Source: Hemiscyllium ocellatum (Eukaryota). From it: DNA of 64,000 nt. Where the stretch lies: positions 18,847,231-18,911,230 of the forward strand of contig NC_083435.1 in the NCBI RefSeq assembly GCF_020745735.1, read 5' to 3'. The notes beneath the pieces are model-generated. The model did no database searches. It was not told where the DNA came from and worked only from the letters and a program-made list of their open reading frames with translations. Below, piece by piece: positions 61,546 to 64,000 of this stretch. Each line of letters begins with the position of its first letter. Position 1 is the first letter of the stretch. The translations under genes were made by a program, and so were the position numbers.

Positions 61546-62693
61546 GTACATCAATTGACATAGTAAGTTTATTCAATCTCATCATTGGTCCTGAGGTCTC
61601 TCTGTATTGGATACTTACTGAGTTTTTATGGTAGGTTTAATGGAAGAGGGTAAGGAATGGACATGGCCTGTCATGACTGTTTGGCATAGGGTTACAAAGA
61701 GCCGTGGGGAGTGGATGGAACTAGCATCAGTTGGCATGGGTGGGACATTGGCAATGTGGTGATGGGGAGTGATGGGGTGAGGGCAGCTTTCATTTATCTT
61801 TTCATCTTCACATCTTCAAAAAACAAAGTACCGGAGCACCGGGGCCAGACGTTCAGCCATCGCACCCCCACACCCAGAATCCTCCAAACTCTTTCTCATG
61901 TTGTCTGGCATGGCTCCCATTTTCACCCATCTCTTGGCACCAAAATCCAACCGTTTTGGGCGCTTTTCCACAGGTCAGGTTTGTAGGGCTGGGAATTGTC
62001 GTGGCTCTGTACTCATAACCCAGGAACAAAAAAAAACAACAGAATTAAGCCCACAATTTCTTGATGCACACCTCTGGCGTCTACGGAGAATGTTAACGGA
62101 GAAGATGAATACTTAGGTTCAGATCCTCCTTCAGAATGCAGGCAGGTTGCCCAATTTAGGAGATCAAACAATGGTCGATGATGATGCACTGCTGGATTAT
62201 TGAGTGAAGGTAAGTTATTGTGGTGGCACTGCATCTAAATGTGTGTATTTCACATTGAAACAGAATGGGCCTGTTAGGAAGTGTTCCATTTGCAGCATGC
62301 TATCACAAAGCTAGTCCCTTTCTAAAAACTGTTCCTTGGCTCCAGGATTCTCTGTCCTTGATTTTTTTCAGAGAGGTAATAAACCAGGCCGGGCTCCGAA
62401 TAGTCTGGTTTGGTACAGAGATGAAAAGGATTTTGAGAAGCCTTTTGTTTATATGTAAACAGATGAGACTTCAGACCATAGTGGTCATGTTTTAGAAGTG
62501 ACCTGTATAAAGAAAGGGGCCCGGTCAGCTCTCCAGCTGAGCTGAGCAGTTTTAGTTCAGTCTGGAACTAGTTGAAAGCTCAACAGGGAGCTGTGTGGAA
62601 ACTCTCTGTCTCTTTTCTGCCCTTCAACTTCAACATGTAAGCGTGTTCCATTTATTCTGGGTTTTGAAGGGAGTTTGCATATTGGGACTTATT

Positions 62694-64000
62694 AGAGTCA
62701 TAGAGACATAGAGATGAACCGCATGGAAGCAGACCCTTCGGTCCAACCCATCCATGCCGACCAGATATCCCAACCCAATCTAGTCCCACCTATCAGCACC
62801 CGGCCCATATCCCTCCAAACCCTTCCTATTAATATACCCATCCAAATGCCTCTTAAATGTTGCAATTGTACCAGCCTCCACCACTTCCTCTGGCAGCTCA
62901 TTCCATACACGTACCACCCTCTGTGTGAAAACATTGCCCCGTATGTCTCGTTTATCTCTTTCCCTTCTCACCCTAAACCTATGCCCTCTAGTTCTGGACT
63001 TCCTGACCCCAGGGAAAAGACTTTGCCTATTTACCCTATCCATGCCACTCATAACTTTGTAAACCTCTATAAGGTCACCCCTCAACCTCTGACACTCCAG
63101 GGAAAACAGCCCCAACCTGTTCAGCCTCTCCCTAATGCTCAAATCCTCCAACCCTTGTAGATCTTTTCTGAACCCTTTCAAGTTTCACAACATCTTTCCC
63201 ATTGGAAGGAGACCAGAATTGCACGCAATATTCCAACAGTGGCCTAACCAATGTCCTGTACAGCTGCAACATGACCTCCCAACTCCTGTACTCAATACTC
63301 TGACCAATGAAGGAAAGCATTCCAAACGTCTTCTTCACTATCCTATCTACCTGCAACTCCACTTTCAAGGAGCTATGAACCTGCGTTCCAAGGTCTCTTT
63401 GTTCACCAACACTTCCTAGGACATTACCATTAAATGTATAAATCCTGCTAAGATTTGCTTTCCCAAAGTGTTCTCAGTCCATTGGCCCATCTGGTCAAAT
63501 CCTGTTGTAATCTGAGGTAACCCTCTTTGCTATCTAATACACCTCCAATTTTGGTGTCATCTGCAAACTTGCTAACTGTATCTCTTCTGCTTGCATCCAA
63601 ACCATTTATATAAATGACAAAAAGTGAGGATCCAGCACCGCTCCTTGTGGCACTCCACTGGTCACAGGCCTCCAGTCTGAAAAACTAATCTCTATCACCA
63701 CCCTCTGTCTTCTACCTTTGAGCCAATTCTGTATCCAAATGCTAGTTCTCCCTGTATTCCATGAGATCTAACCTTGCTAATCAGTTTCCCATGGGGAACG
63801 TTGTCAAACGCCTTATGTAAGTCCACATAGATCACATCTACCGCTCTGCCCTCATCAATTCTCTTTGTTACTTCCTCAAAAACCTCAATCAAGTTTGTGA
63901 GGCATGACTTCCCATGCAAAAAGCCACGTTGACTATCCCTAATCAGTCCTTGCCTTTCCAAATACATGTACATCCTATCCCTCAGGATTCCCTTCATGTC
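62694..64000 (-). mobile_element. HER1/CR1-type LINE RT and 3' end, running off the window
   Basis: ORFs 63695-63997, 63132-63368 and 62780-63181; agagtcatagag tail. Confidence 0.95.

Overview
Repeat-rich cartilaginous-fish genomic DNA (the HE1-type SINE and HER1/CR1-type LINE point to an elasmobranch; inference). Everything was read by eye; no searches or folding were run. (1) Two tandem + strand Ig-superfamily receptor genes of CEACAM/HEPACAM/CD2-SLAM-like architecture. Gene A (leader 21665, IgV 23002, probable TM 30852, probable tail 39355/40045) has an Arg at the outer TM edge and two ITIM-shaped motifs that both lack Tyr. Gene B (CpG-island leader 47011, IgV 51010, IgC2 55647, presumably continuing past the window) lies just downstream of a ~21-unit minisatellite with eight perfect TGACGTCA (CRE) palindromes. 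(2) A disrupted - strand P-loop NTPase gene resembling IFI44-like proteins (17.4-18.3 kb), with an ISRE/EICE-like motif upstream. (3) A young Penelope-like retroelement (12.6-15.4 kb) with 224-bp direct terminal repeats, a 13-bp TSD and a minimal hammerhead ribozyme in each repeat. At least four families of short, often palindromic, TSD-flanked hammerhead elements occur across the window. (4) Many CR1, L2 and RTE LINE fragments, SINEs, LTR-like relics, microsatellites and one 230-N assembly gap.
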